Positions 26,956 through 40,115 of a DNA stretch of 64,000 nt are shown in pieces. The translations under genes and the position numbers were made by a program. The stretch's first letter is position 1. Each line of letters starts with the position of its first letter. The notes beneath the pieces were generated by a model. It was not told where the DNA came from and did not search any database. It saw only the letters and a list, made by a program, of their open reading frames with translations. This DNA is from Phoronis australis (Eukaryota; Animalia; Phoronida), in contig NMRA01000026.1 of NCBI GenBank assembly GCA_002633005.1, positions 1,260,710-1,324,709 of the forward strand, written 5' to 3'.

Positions 26956-27950
26956 TCATTTATCTCTGTATGAGGAGCAGGAACCGAAGCGCGCAAAGTC
27001 TTTTGGTTTTGTTGAAACCAGTGCAGGTGGTCTGATACACGTGCACAGGCCGCTTAGCATTTTGAAGGATCGTGCTTCGATACGTTGCAGAAAAGGAGAT
27101 TTGATGAAGGCTTCTCCAACGTATAAGTGCATTTGATGGAGAAAAAGTGCAATGTGTTGTACCATTGCTGGGAACGTAGTTCTCAACCACATACTGGGAA
27201 TGAGCCTCGCCTCAGCATCAAATTCTGGTGACTGAGATAATGAATGTGATACATACTCCACCATTCTATTCTTGTTCAGGATTTTGTGGGAATGCATGTT
27301 ATCCGCATATACATCAATGTCCAATAGTAGAAAACGGGATGTACATGTCACGCAAATAGTTTGAGGTCACGAAAGCAGCCGGCACGAGGCTGGACTTGGA
27401 CACTGGACCGAAATAATCGACGAATCACAACGGTACAAAGCTAAGTTTCATAATGTTGGAACAGACAAGGCAGAATCCAGTATCGTTTACCAGAAATAAA
27501 ATTCAATTAGCATTACTATAATTAGATATGATGGTTCCTGACATACGCACTCGGCATTCACGTATGTCAGTTCGCGACTGAGCAAGTCAAGGTAAAATCT
27601 TCGGTTAGATTTACAGTCCGAGACAAATATTACTCGGCGTTAAAGTGATACGAAAATTAAATCGTGATTCAATATCCACAGACTGAGTAAGCTCCGACTC
27701 GGCTTACTCGCCGAAGACGCCGGTGTGGGAAGGTCGAATTTGTATGGTCTCAAACACGCAACGTCTGCCGATATGGCGAGATCTATCGCATTACCTGTTT
27801 CACCTATGGCCTGAGTATCATCTTCATCCCCATCATCATATCTGTCTTCATAATACTCGTCAAGTTCGCTCGTTTAATCTTCGTAACTTACAAAGTCACT
27901 GCTACCCGCCGTTGCATATGTACTGTCAACTGATCAACGTCTTCCACTGA
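26956..27950 (-). pseudogene. Possible decayed coding relic (acidic tract, PY.F motif, Cys-rich fragments), tentatively Kolobok KolX / P2X7-ballast-like
   Basis: Minus-strand fragments in different frames: ELDEYYEDRYDDGDEDD..LRPYKFDLP, AECVCQE, CICG, VCIT/QSPEFDA, CTCIR. Interrupted by stops and frameshifts; recognised by eye only. Confidence 0.2.
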
Positions 27951-28109
27951 TGACATCACGTGGCGGGAAACGACAAAATCATTATTTTTTCTTTAAAATT
28001 CGTCAATTATTTTCTAAAATAAGTACTTGTTTAGTTAGATTTTGTGTTATAAAATTGTAATACATGGTCTAAAACCTCAAAAAGTGCATAAATCCATTGT
28101 CGGAACACT

Positions 28110-28481
28110 TTAAAAGGATAGTAAACCCTGTTTTGATGATTTCAACCAATCTTCATGCTTTCGCTTGCTAATACGTCATTGGCATCAATTTCCAAAGATA
28201 AAAACAAGAATCAACTACAAACTTATACTCCCTATGTCACAGATAGGATATTATGGTTCCTGGTGGGTGATCTTTCCCCACAGTTGCCCTGTAATTCTCA
28301 AAAAGCGTAAGTCACGCTTGTCCGTTTAGCACACTTCGATAGGAGTTTTCAGATTTCCCTCCAAACTTTTGAGAGTTGTCGAGGGTTATAGAGCATTATT
28401 TCATTTCAGGAAATTGGATGGGAAAGTCGCTTATTGATATTTCTTAATGGACCGCCAAAACCGGGTATGGTATCCTTTTAA
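28110..28481. mobile_element. TTAA-flanked non-autonomous element (Kolobok-like)
   Basis: Left end ttaaaaggatagtaaaccctgttttg versus reverse complement of right end ttaaaaggataccatacccggttttg. TTAA on both sides with purine-purine termini. Confidence 0.7.
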
Positions 28482-28489
28482 ACTACTCT

Positions 28490-28590
28490 GTCATTTATTG
28501 AATTGGATTTAGTTTGGCAGCAGGGGGTTAGAATGCGACAGCGGTGACTGCAGGTTCGATTCCGGGCTTAGGCTGATCACAAAAAATCAC
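28490..28590 (+). mobile_element. tRNA-derived SINE-like head
   Basis: A-box-like tggcagcagggggttag and B-box GGTTCGATTCC. No acceptor stem or cloverleaf. Confidence 0.45.
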
Positions 28591-29494
28591 TATCTGGCCG
28601 CTAATTTCTCTTTAAAATGGTGATTAAAACCAACACACTTAGTGACAGCAAGTCAAGCTGCGCGTCCTCGTTCCATGCAAAATGCCATTTTCCACGATTC
28701 ACGTAGTATAGTAGGAGTTTTTAGTTAGAAAAATACACCTTTTCTAAATCTCAAGTAAAGATTTTTTGACAACGTTTTCCACACATCAAACTCACCGTCA
28801 AATTGCGATATAATCCCCTGAATGAGAACTGTTGTGCAATGTTAATTTACTATTTTTCAAAAACATCAAATTCCGGCTTTTCACCGGTGGTAAAAATGTC
28901 TTTCACGACGCCCAAATCCTAGAATCACTGCAAAGCATATGAGTGATGAATATCGTAAACGGATTTCAAAGTCACAGGCACAATTTAACTGTAGTACAAT
29001 GTTTTCATTTCGCCAGTAATAACTCATAACTTGTGACCCCAAATTAGGAGAGAAATCAATATTTCCATGTTTCACCTATAAGTACTAACCTGCGGCTAAA
29101 TAAGAAGCGAAATGGTCTTTTTTATTAATATCCACCAGTTGTAGTTTTACATACAACAGTGATTTCATCTATTTCATAATAATTTTGTTTTATTTCATAT
29201 ATTTGACTTGTAGTTTTAGTACTCATTGCCCAGTGCAAAATACATCTTTCGTTAGTTTGTCTTGTTATCTGTTTCTGTTTTCGGCGCTTAAAGGAACAAT
29301 AAGCTCCCTCCATCTGCATGGGGTGAAAACTTCAGTCCTAAACCAACAGATATCAAATCTGTGTTACAAATCCTCTTCACATAAACGTGCCTATAGGTGC
29401 TCCGTAAAAGGTGAAGGGTGAGGAATCCGGACCTCAGGATTGGAATTTGGTCATCATGCATGGAGCGTTTTTGTCGCGTGTGCGGAGTCACATC

Positions 29495-29620
29495 TGCTAA
29501 GACCTCGCTAAAATCTACCCCACAATCACGTTCTCTCATTTAAAATGCACGGCAATATCTCACGTAATCTCGCGAAGTCTTGCTTTTAGCGAGGTCATAG
29601 CGTTACTGAACTCGGGACAG
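29495..29620. mobile_element. About 150-bp MITE family, copy 2 (left end truncated)
   Basis: gctaagacctcgctaaaat...catttaaaatgcacggcaatatctcacgtaatctcgc...ttttagcgaggtcatagcgttactgaac. Confidence 0.75.
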
Positions 29621-32600
29621 TTTCTTTAAATTGGCTATCATGGCGGGTTAGTGTTCAGCCACCAATGAAGTTTGGCGGTCAAGGAAATTCAAGGTGACTC
29701 GTGGGTTTGCAAACATTCAAATGATGAGAACGTGGTGATATTGCTTTGGAAGTGCAAACACGAGTGTGAAGTGAAGAAACGTTATTTTTTACGTCATAAC
29801 ATGGTTGGTTGCCGTTATTCACCTTTTCTAGAGCTAACAATTTACATCGGAGGAAGTTTGGTATCATCTCAAAACATTTGACAAAACGTCCGGACACTCT
29901 GATTACAAAGATATAGGTCATTGTAATAAATGATAAGGAAAATCGAAATGTGGCTTGCAAAGAGTACAGAGTAGGAATCAGTGCTGTAGAAAGTGGAGCA
30001 GCGCTATATACGAAACTTGAGTGGCGGCTAGGGTATGGTGAAGTTGAATACTCCTATGCCCCCAGCCCCGTATTACCTCAAACATACCCGCATTGGTGGT
30101 AGAGGTGATCGTGGTGGTGAGAGCTGAAGCCCCACTTTTGTCAGATTGGCCATACTTACCAGCAACTTTATGCATTATACGTGTGGGTTTAACCCCATAG
30201 CCGGTTTACTATTTGTCATCTTGATTTCATGTCCTCAGATCTTAGAACATCTTATTTCAGCCCCACGCTCTTAATGTTTGAAGAAAACAGATCCGCTGCC
30301 ATAACCGGTACTAAACAATCAATAGTTATTCACTCGTAATCACCTCATTACGGCTCATTAGAATTTATCACGAGTAATACGAACTCGACATAAGTTACAA
30401 ATATCTTTAAAACTTTACTAACAGATGATTTTACGACATCGGTCTACATAATTGTTCGTGACAAAAGCATTGGTAAATTTTCGGTGGGTATGCAGTAATT
30501 GATTATAACATGAATTACAGTAATAGAAATTGTCTATTAATTACGTACAGAGATTTCATTGATTTTATACGATTTCGAGTGTATTTTTGATTTTTTTCCA
30601 TATTCTGTTCGTGACTGAATGTCAATATGTATCTATTTAACTACGCACATGCCAAATACAGTTGGTGTTAACGATTTCTAGTATATTCCTTGCAGTATTA
30701 CACGCCTCAACTCTAAAAATTACTGCACTAAGTCGTCAGATGACAGTATATTTTCAAAGCACACCTCGCAGCGCATTTGTACAATTGGCTCAAGACGAAT
30801 TCGTACACAGCTTTTCGTGATTTCCTTGTCTCAGTATTTCTACCAACTCCTTGATAAATGATCACAGTTTCAGTTTCTAAGATCATTCAAAAATGTTGGA
30901 CTACTTATTTAGTATTACCTTGCAATCCAGTTAGAGGCCTTCTTGTCTGATATATCCTACTATGCATTAAGACGAGACTTTTCCCTTATTAGGGTGATTT
31001 TGATAATTTTGTGGATCTTGGATAAAGCGTGCAATGATATATCCTTGACTAAGTAACTAGGAAACAAGAGCTTAGAAATAACAAAAATCTCATCATTAGA
31101 GACGGTCAGTTTGTTGTTGCTGGAAACCATTATTCTGCTAATGTGGCCTCGATCACGAAAAACAGACTAAACTGCGTTATTCAGAGTGGTTCTCTGGTTT
31201 TCTGCTACTGAAACATAATTTAACCTGCTCACCAGGTATATTTACGGTTTGCTCGTAAAGATGTTGAATTCCAGAAGATGTCAAAGTTTTTTCTTTTAGA
31301 TTCAAATTTCAAAAAAGTTTGTCAGCTGCTCGCCACTTCGTTAATTTTTCTGCCACAAGGCAACGTAATTCTCCGTATTTGGTATGGCAAGACAGACTAG
31401 CATATTTTCCTTATATGGAAACGTGACCTCTGACCTTTGGTGTAAACAAGCCGATTATGAGGTAATCGATGTAAGTCCCATAGTCCTAACTGATTAAAAT
31501 TAGTTATGGGTATCCTAGTATTAAAACATATTTTACAGTGCACTTGGAAATATTATTTTTTTGAAAATTGCTTGCTTCACTGGCATGCCGGCTTCACTGG
31601 CATGCCTCATACTGTGCGGTCGACCTCAGATTCGGAATGCGCTCACACATGATAATCTGCTGTTAATATCCATCTTTTCAGTCAACTGCTTGTGGATTGA
31701 TTTTGGGCGCATGCGCGCATTTATCTAAGTGGGAGGGAGATTAGAAACTCTGTGGTGACTACAGAGTTTTTCCTTCTTGCGTATTTCAAAAATTGTGCAT
31801 TTTTGGAAATTCCAAACCTCTTTAATTATTGTTAAAGTTTAGCGATTCGTAAAACATTGTTTGATGGTTTACCTGGTAATGAATATTGTCAGATAACTTA
31901 CTTTTGATGTAGCAACAAGTTGTTGTCATGACACTTTCGCTGCCATTACTTAACCGTAAATTCCCCACATGGCTCCTTTTCAAACTACCAAAACCGAAAC
32001 GAATTAAGATACTTAAGTTCGTAAAATCGGTCTTATAATAATCCTTGCCATGGTAGGACTTGATTTCCATTACCAATAAGAAATCGAAATCGTTAACCAT
32101 TCACGAAAACACTTTAGAACGGTTTGTTGAGGTTAGCCAACTCTAAAATACCAAAAATGGCGCATGTATACATTACCTGTGGCTTGAGTTGCCGGCTAGT
32201 TCGGTAACAATTCAATGCATGATGAGAGCGGTAATGTGTTTAAACCACAAAGCGTCTCGGTTAAGAATTCAACGTTGACCGCTAAACAGCGGCGAAATGT
32301 CCATTTAAGTCGTGCACAACAAGTAGCCAGACGAATTTCACCCAAAGTGACTCTAAATGTTGGAAAATTAAGGCTAGCAAACCTCCCCCCCCCCCCGTGT
32401 ATGCGGTTATTATTGTATTTGAATATTTCATTTTACTTAGATTACGTTTTGAAAGCACGCTGATGATACATCGATTAACTGCATTGTCGATTGCATGTGT
32501 CCTCGGTGAAATGGGTTTGTTGCTGTAAACAGCAGCACGCAAATTCTTATACTTTGCAGAGACGGCTCTTTTGCTTTCGTTGATTAAGTTACCACACTGT

Positions 32601-32864
32601 TTTCAATGCATTAGCACACTGAGAATTGAGAACGATTTAGTATTATCGTAACAATTTGGATTCTATCAAAAAAACGTTATGTGATACGCATGAAGCATCT
32701 GTGGAAAGTAAACTTTGAAAACAAGTCTAAAGAAGCAAGAGTTTGCAATATGTGATTTAGTGATGAAACATATTTTTGGGAAAACAAACTAAACGTGTTA
32801 AAGTAGTTTGCTTGCTATTTGCGTCAGTTCGTTTAACCAATTCAATTTGATTACAGTATAAACC

Positions 32865-33158
32865 AGGCGTGCGTTCAGTAGACGCTAGGACCTACGCTAG
32901 GACCTAGCTAAAACCTAGTCAAAGTCACGTGTTCTTATTTAAAATGCACGGCAATATCTCACGTAATCTCGTAAAGTCTTGCTTTTTAGCGAGTTCCTAG
33001 CGTTACTGAACGTGAGGCAGGTGTGCGTTCAATAACCCTAGGATCTACGCGAGGACCTAGCTAAAATCTATTCAAAGTCACGTGTTCTGATTTAAAATAC
33101 ACGGCAATGTCACACGAAGTCTTGCTTTTTAGCGAGGTCCTGGTGCAACGGGAGGCAG
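32865..33158. mobile_element. About 150-bp MITE family, two head-to-tail copies
   Basis: Two successive units (about 32865-33020 and 33020-33158), each with the shared core and each bounded by cag. Confidence 0.75.
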
Positions 33159-35475
33159 TTCTATGGTAATAAAAATACTAAGTGACGTCACGTTAGGACA
33201 TTGCGAAACATAGCCTGGCGCACACTACGTGCTACATAGCCTACTGAGAGCGCTTAAATTCCATAGACTGCATATGCGATGAACACAAAAAACCGCGCCG
33301 TAAGCTACGTCAAGTCGATATGTCTTCAGCCGTAGGCGTACTTGTGGCGCGTGTAGTCATCGCAGGCGGGAATATTAGCGGCAACAACAAGTCGTACCGG
33401 AATGTCACACTTTCTGGCTTTATGAAATACGAACAAGAATATCATAGCATCCAGATATGAAAGTTAAGTTTTTAAAACTTTGGAGGTTTGAGCATTTGCG
33501 TCTGAGCGTCGACTTTCGTAGGTCGCTTAAGCGTGTTAAAATATTTTTACGCGAATTGACTCTTCTAATACTGTGTAGGAGAAGAGTTTGGACTTTCTCT
33601 TAACACGATCATATTTTACAGTTTTTCAGCATCTTTAATTTATCAATTTTCAGGTCACGGATACCGAAGGAATTCATCGGGGTTAATGTGTCTCAGTTTT
33701 GTTGTACCGATGTCTTCGTTTGAAGTTACTGGTTTGGAAAGGGCGAAAGGGCGCACACTCCGCTCATTTTAATTTCAAGGACTCGGGCTGACAAAATGAG
33801 TGGAAATTTTAACTATCGACAAAATGACGACATGCCATGTATCAGGTTGTCTTCTCGTTCGCTATCATTACGTGGTGTTAGTAAGGAATGTGTTTCCGAA
33901 GCGCTTCATCATTTTTCCTGTAAAAAAACACGATCATTAATAACTTATGCGCAAAGGTTCTTAAATAAAATGTTATCCTCCCACGCGATTAGTCACGTAT
34001 ATTGTTAACACACTGTTTCTTATAACTTATGTTATCTACAAATTTGTTGCACTGGTTGACCCATGAATATAGTCTAGATTAGATTTTAACGTTTGCAGTA
34101 TTTTGCATAATATCAACTTAGCCTCAAGGTCCTGGTGACGTGGTCGTCGTTTTTCTGGAGTGCTAGACCGAGAACTCTAACTGGAACTGCAGTTTAGTTT
34201 GATATTTTCTATTCTGGCTATATTTAGGACGGGATTAGTTTCTTTGGTTTTAGGCTTGAGTACGAGTACGTTTAAGTCGTCACTTGATAGCCGTTAGACT
34301 CAAGATACGAACTCAATTTCGAACTCGAGTTAAAATTCAAATTTATATGATAAATATAAAGGACCTCAAACGCTAACTCTGAATATGAACTTATTTTTCA
34401 TAAAACATAATTTACTCGAGCTCAAAATCTATTGCAAAAGTCTTGAGTTCACAGTTAACTAGACCAGGAAATATCAAAACTGAGTGTTCGAGTGCTAGCG
34501 TGAGGCTCGGGTTGGGTTTACGCATGGTTGCATAAAAGGAAAAAATCCGGTATCTCTACAAAAATTGAATCAGTCAATCGCATTTCCGCTGTCGTCATTT
34601 CTCCTTTGTGTATTGTCATACCAGTAACACCTTATTGATTTTAGTTCAAATAGCAAAGGTACTAAACTGTATCAATGGCTCTTGTGTCTAATATCCAGCG
34701 ACTTCGAGAAATGCTCTAAAAAGAAGAGAGTGGTGCTATTTTTAATGATGAAACTGAATCACGTTCCTGTCTGTAATTGAAACTACACACGATGAGATTG
34801 ATTTTCGGTAACGTACTATACACAGTCGGTTCGACTGAAGCACTGTCGAATTGTTTTCATTATTCCATGGACGTAACACTTCATTTCCCAACGGCAATTT
34901 ATCCTTTGGCATTAAGCAACAAAAAGCCGCCCCGGAAATGCTTTCACGCAGTTTGCTGTTCTTCCGTTGTTTTGTTAATGTCGAATAATGCGAGTATTGT
35001 TCAACGTTTTTCGGCGTCTGAGAAACGTGACTCCCACGAAACATAGGACAACTTGTGAGTACGTTTGCATCTGTTCAGGAACTTTCTCAAGTTTACCGTC
35101 TTTTCAACCAGACAGTTGTTGTGTCTAGTTGGCCATAAGAGAACAAAAGCGAGAACAAATGTTATTAGACTGAAATCTTTGGGTGGATTCCAACTAAAAC
35201 AATTAAATATCTTGCAGTAAATCAACCTGTTGTCACGCTCATTACTGTCACTGTGACCGAGAAACAGACGAAAATATCACTGGTTTAACTTGAAGTACAA
35301 AATATCTGCTTCGTTTTTTCAAAAACTAAGGTGACAGCCTTTCAATGACTGATCAACGCAAACAACTGAAATTGGTTAGAAGAACCAAACTTATGCTACT
35401 TTGGGAACTTCCAGGAGCTTACGAAAATTTTCCGCATTTGTAACTCGGGCACTGTGTGGAGAAGTATTGGATAGG

Positions 35476-35712
35476 TTCACTTTCATTGCACTATTGGTTC
35501 ATCGTCATTGTTTTATTAGTCCACCTTTTGTGTTATTGTTTCATCTTTGTTGTATTATTATTTTGCCATGATTGTATAATTGGTTCGCCTTCATTGTATT
35601 ATTAGTTTGCCTCCATTGTATTATTGGTTCACCTTCTTTGTATTTTTGATTCACATTCATTGTATTATTGTTTCGCCTTCTTTGTATTATTGGTTCACCT
35701 CTATTGTATTAC
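35476..35712. repeat. Degenerate minisatellite / low-complexity array
   Basis: Recurring ttgtattatt(g/a)gtt(c/t)(a/g)cct motif through the interval. Confidence 0.65.
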
Positions 35713-37604
35713 CAATTCCCCCTTCATTAAATGCAATTTGTATTTGCAGATCGACATGGCGCTTGAAAGTAAAGGGGAAATTCGCTTCTACCTTGATATG
35801 TGGAACTATTATATAACACCCACAGCCTGCAGTATTTACAAATCCGCATCGTTTTCACTCAGTCACATACGTCCATGAACAACTTCAAAGTACCCATGCC
35901 ATTTTAAATAGTTCAGATTTACATGCTTCTTACAGTCAAATGTTTCAACGAAATAATTAATTTCAACGAGCTTTACTGGTAGTTTAATAAATTTGTGCGC
36001 AAGAGTTCATTCACCTCGCACCGTACACGATTTATTGGACATCTTGTTGATTTAACACATCACGTAATTTAAACCCGCTGCACATGCGCTATTAAGAGAA
36101 ATTGGCATGAATTCAGAGTTCATATATTGTATTTCTTAAATATTTAAGCGCACTTAGCATAAAAATGGCTTAGCAAAGACATTATCGCTTTACAATTTCT
36201 CGCACAGAAGAATCACTCTATCGTGACCCCAACAAGAACGTAAATAAAATTCATGTTCTGAGTAGCCCTGATTTATAGGTTATTTGGTCAATTATTTGCA
36301 GCAAATGAAAATGCAAGAAGAGCGCATGTGTAAGACAGTAGACCTCTTTAAGTAGAATCCCAGTGATCGTCGGTCTAGTGTCAGAGAGAGCACGGACGCT
36401 GTGTCGAGAGCTCGTCACCGTAGTGTACTTCGAGCCAGGGTTGAGTTCTTCGGACATTCAATTATGTTATTGCCGTATTTTTATGTTGATGAAGTTCATT
36501 GACCTCATCGGTGAACAGCGCACTCTTGGGGTATTTGACATCACCGGCTCCGTATTTAAAGGACCCCCTCAAGATGTCACCATTAGGATGAATCTTGCGG
36601 ATTAAAATACCCGACAGCTAATTTGAATCTAATGCTTATGTGTTTGGATATGCGGAATATTGATATGAAATTGGTGGACGTTACTAACGTGCAACCGTAG
36701 ACAATTCGTCTCTTTGGCGAATGAAGTTGTGTTTATTCTGTGTTTAAGAAATTTCTGTTAAATGTCGACTAAGTCAGCGTTGTTACACTATTTGCAAGTA
36801 CTTTTATCTATAACATGTTCTACGGGTGCTTACATGTAATCGATATACAAGACGTCATTTATACGTTATTTATTGCTTTTCAGAGCTTGTTATACACGTT
36901 TCCTATAAGCTCATGTATAAGGTGACGAAATCAGGATACTGAGAAGGGCATACAAAGCAGGTGCTGTAACGGTTCCGCGTAACAGCGCTTTTTATGCAAA
37001 TTTTCCGTGAAATCGGTTCTGAACATTACGCAGGTTGTTCGTAAAGACAATAAAATCCTCCATAATGTAATGATCACCCGGTGACGATGAAAATTTTCAA
37101 TTCGTCAAACTCGCTTAGTGGTAAAATCGCTGAAATTTTAATATTCTATTGTATATGTCCGATGGAATATCTGTGCTTTGCCATTTGCTTGAAAAAGATA
37201 ATACTGCAAAAAAATTTAAAAAATCAAACCATTGCCAGCGAGAGAAAACTCACTCGCTCTAAGTAACATTCAAACACACAAGCATGGTTGATCGTAATTC
37301 ATCACAAAATATGTTTTGTATATGGATACATGTCAGCTATGTTCATGAATTGATATGAATGGTATGATATAAATGGTTGATTATAAGTTGTTTCGACCAA
37401 TGATACAATTTTCCACGCAAGGTTTATCATGCATCTTTATAATTTATACGATATCTTATCACTAAGCATTGAGAAAAGATGAAAAGAGTTTTCCCATGAA
37501 TGATGCCATGAATAACGTTCTGACTGATATCAGACTGATGTTCATTTATCATCAGCCTTATAAAAATTCATATTAACCAAATAAGAGTGCAATATGGTGT
37601 GTAA

Positions 37605-37935
37605 ACGCCGCCCTGTTTAGCAGGCTACAAAAACAAAAATCGAATAGTACCTTATACTCTAATATAACATTTCTTAGTACAGTAGCATTCTATTTCAGTT
37701 ACCAACTGAAACATCGAGACGATTAGCTACTCAAGAAAACGCTTGGAAATTTATTGGGATTGGCCATCCTTAAAATTACGAATTCCAAACTGGCTCTTGT
37801 AAGCATTCCCGGTGATTTAAGTTGGTAACGGAAACAGAATCATGCCACGGTAATGAGGAATACTATGACACCCATTTTGAGAGAGTAAAAGGTCTCGTTT
37901 TTTAGCCAGCTAAATATGGTGAAATGCAGCTATAA
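37605..37935. mobile_element. Same long-TIR MITE family, both arms
   Basis: cgccctgtttagcaggcta.. at left and ttagccagctaaatatggtgaaatgcagctataa at right. Confidence 0.65.
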
Positions 37936-38929
37936 CATTGTAAAACATCCTGGACCTCTTGATAACAAATGCCATCAGTGACAACTTCTGTCAACTATAG
38001 ACCTCGATTTGTACACATCTCCATCCAATTTATCTGTCTGGATTATCTGGGAAAATTGTTCCTGAGAGTACGAGTCTCGTAGTATTTCTTTTATTTTAAC
38101 TCCAACGAGATGCTGATCTTGTCGTACATAGAAGAGGATTTTCTTTCCTATTTACAATGTGATAAATAAGCTATAACAAATTGGACTTAAACTTGTCGTT
38201 TCCATGATACAGGTGTTCTGCCTTCAAAAGGAACTGACAGAAGACACGCTGTTGATAGGAAGCTGTTGAATTTCAAAAGAGAGGGACAACCCGTTTCTTT
38301 GGATGTTGTTTAGGCAAACTTTAAGAGGTTTAAACTTTGTTTCGGCCAATTCAAAGTGATGACGCAAAACTAAATTTCTAGACCAGCTGAACAGCCTCTT
38401 TTTAGTGCCACCTTTTGCGAGTTAATAGGAGCGAGTATTTATTTGATTAACACACCAAGTGGCTTTAAAATGTCTCATCAAGCTTCTCCGTGACATGTTA
38501 GTGTCGAATGAATGTGCAAACCGACTCCATCTTTGACGTGTTAGAATATTAAATTTGTGAGATGAGTTAGTTAGCAAGGCAAATCTTCATTTTGTCACGC
38601 TCATCTTGAATGTGTACAATTGGTTAACAACAAAAGTAAGCACCAGCGTTCGAACAACAAAAACAACTTTATTCCCATGATAAATGACACCAATAACAAT
38701 GTTAATTAGAATACATGTTATATTCTAGCAGCCGATACAATAGAAGCACGTAACTGTCGCGTTAATCTATTTTTCCGCAAAAATGGTACTTTCCGTGAAC
38801 CACAAGAATAGTTCCTTTTAAACGACAGGGAGCATGCGCCAGTAACAAAGTTCGTAGACAAGTTTGCTGGAAGTCCTGACTTCGTCCCCCATCTACCATG
38901 TCAAGCAGTTAAAGATGCATCTCGTCCTT

Positions 38930-39204
38930 TCCCTCTTATAAAATCAGCCTCATTATAGTCCTTCCTTACCGTGATAACATTATGTTTCTGTTACTAACAA
39001 GAATATCGAAACCATCAGCGACCGAAGAAAACGATGCAGAGTTTATTGGGGTTGGATAACCCTAAAATTGTGAATTTGAAAATGGTGCGTGTACGCATTA
39101 CCTGAGACTTGAGTTCATTGGTAACAGAATAGGGAATCCTATCAGGGTATGAGAATAAACGGCGTTTCTTATTCAACCAGCTAAACAGGGCCAAATGTAC
39201 TTTA
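38930..39204. mobile_element. Same long-TIR MITE family, rearranged/partial copy
   Basis: ctcttataaaatcagcctc..., gaatttgaaaatggtgcgtgtacgcatt, ccagctaaacagggccaaatgtactttaa. Confidence 0.55.
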
Positions 39205-40115
39205 AAAATTCTTCATAGGTATATTCCATCGATGATATTGGCTACTAATTGTTAATTACTCTGTATTTTAACCCCTTAGGCGACACACGATAAAGTCGAA
39301 AGAGTAATAAATGTGTACACGTACACTTTAACTGATTGAATAATTCAGTAGAAATTGATTAAAAAGCAAAAGTAACAAATCGATGTCAATATTGTGACGC
39401 ATGGCATAGTTTCCAGTCACAATTGTACACGGAAGATTGAACTAGACATTTTTTTTTTGAATAATTCCTTGACGCTGACTATTTATCGCTCTAATCGTGA
39501 TTTTGAACTTCAGTGCATGATAAACGCTAAAATGGCTTCCTCATTTAAGTGAGAGGGTCGTGTTATCAATAAAGTAACAAAAATCACGAAGAGATGAAGT
39601 GAAGATATCTTCATATCGCGTTTATGGAATTGATTCCATTGGCCTTTATAATGAAAGCTGCAGTCTGCAATCCGCATTTACCATGCTATACATTATTTTC
39701 TTATCTTATTCTCTTATTTTGTCTTAAATTTTAATACGTCGTTTTCGCACGACTACCCACGACGTGTGACATCACAGACCAATAGAACATCTCGTACGCC
39801 TGCAAAGCTGATGCGGCAATTATGCACGTCAAGGGTACTAAAAGATGTCGACCTTTGACAATTAGTGAATCAACTGAATTCACGCAGGCAAAACAATACG
39901 AAACTCACACCAGTGTCAGTTTCATTCCAAAATTAAAACTAGGTCAAAATATACAATAACAGTTTTTACCACGTCATCGTGACGGTATTCACTACTCAAG
40001 CTCCTGCCATGAAGATGATACATAAAATAAAATAATAACGACATTTCCTTAACACACTTTATAATTCTTAAATAATCATCAGTTTCCGACCCTACTTGAA
40101 CTGCACTTGAGGAAT

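Noticed and set aside
28490-28590. tRNA gene
   Set aside because: B-box present but no acceptor or anticodon stems; related decayed copies elsewhere indicate a repeat.
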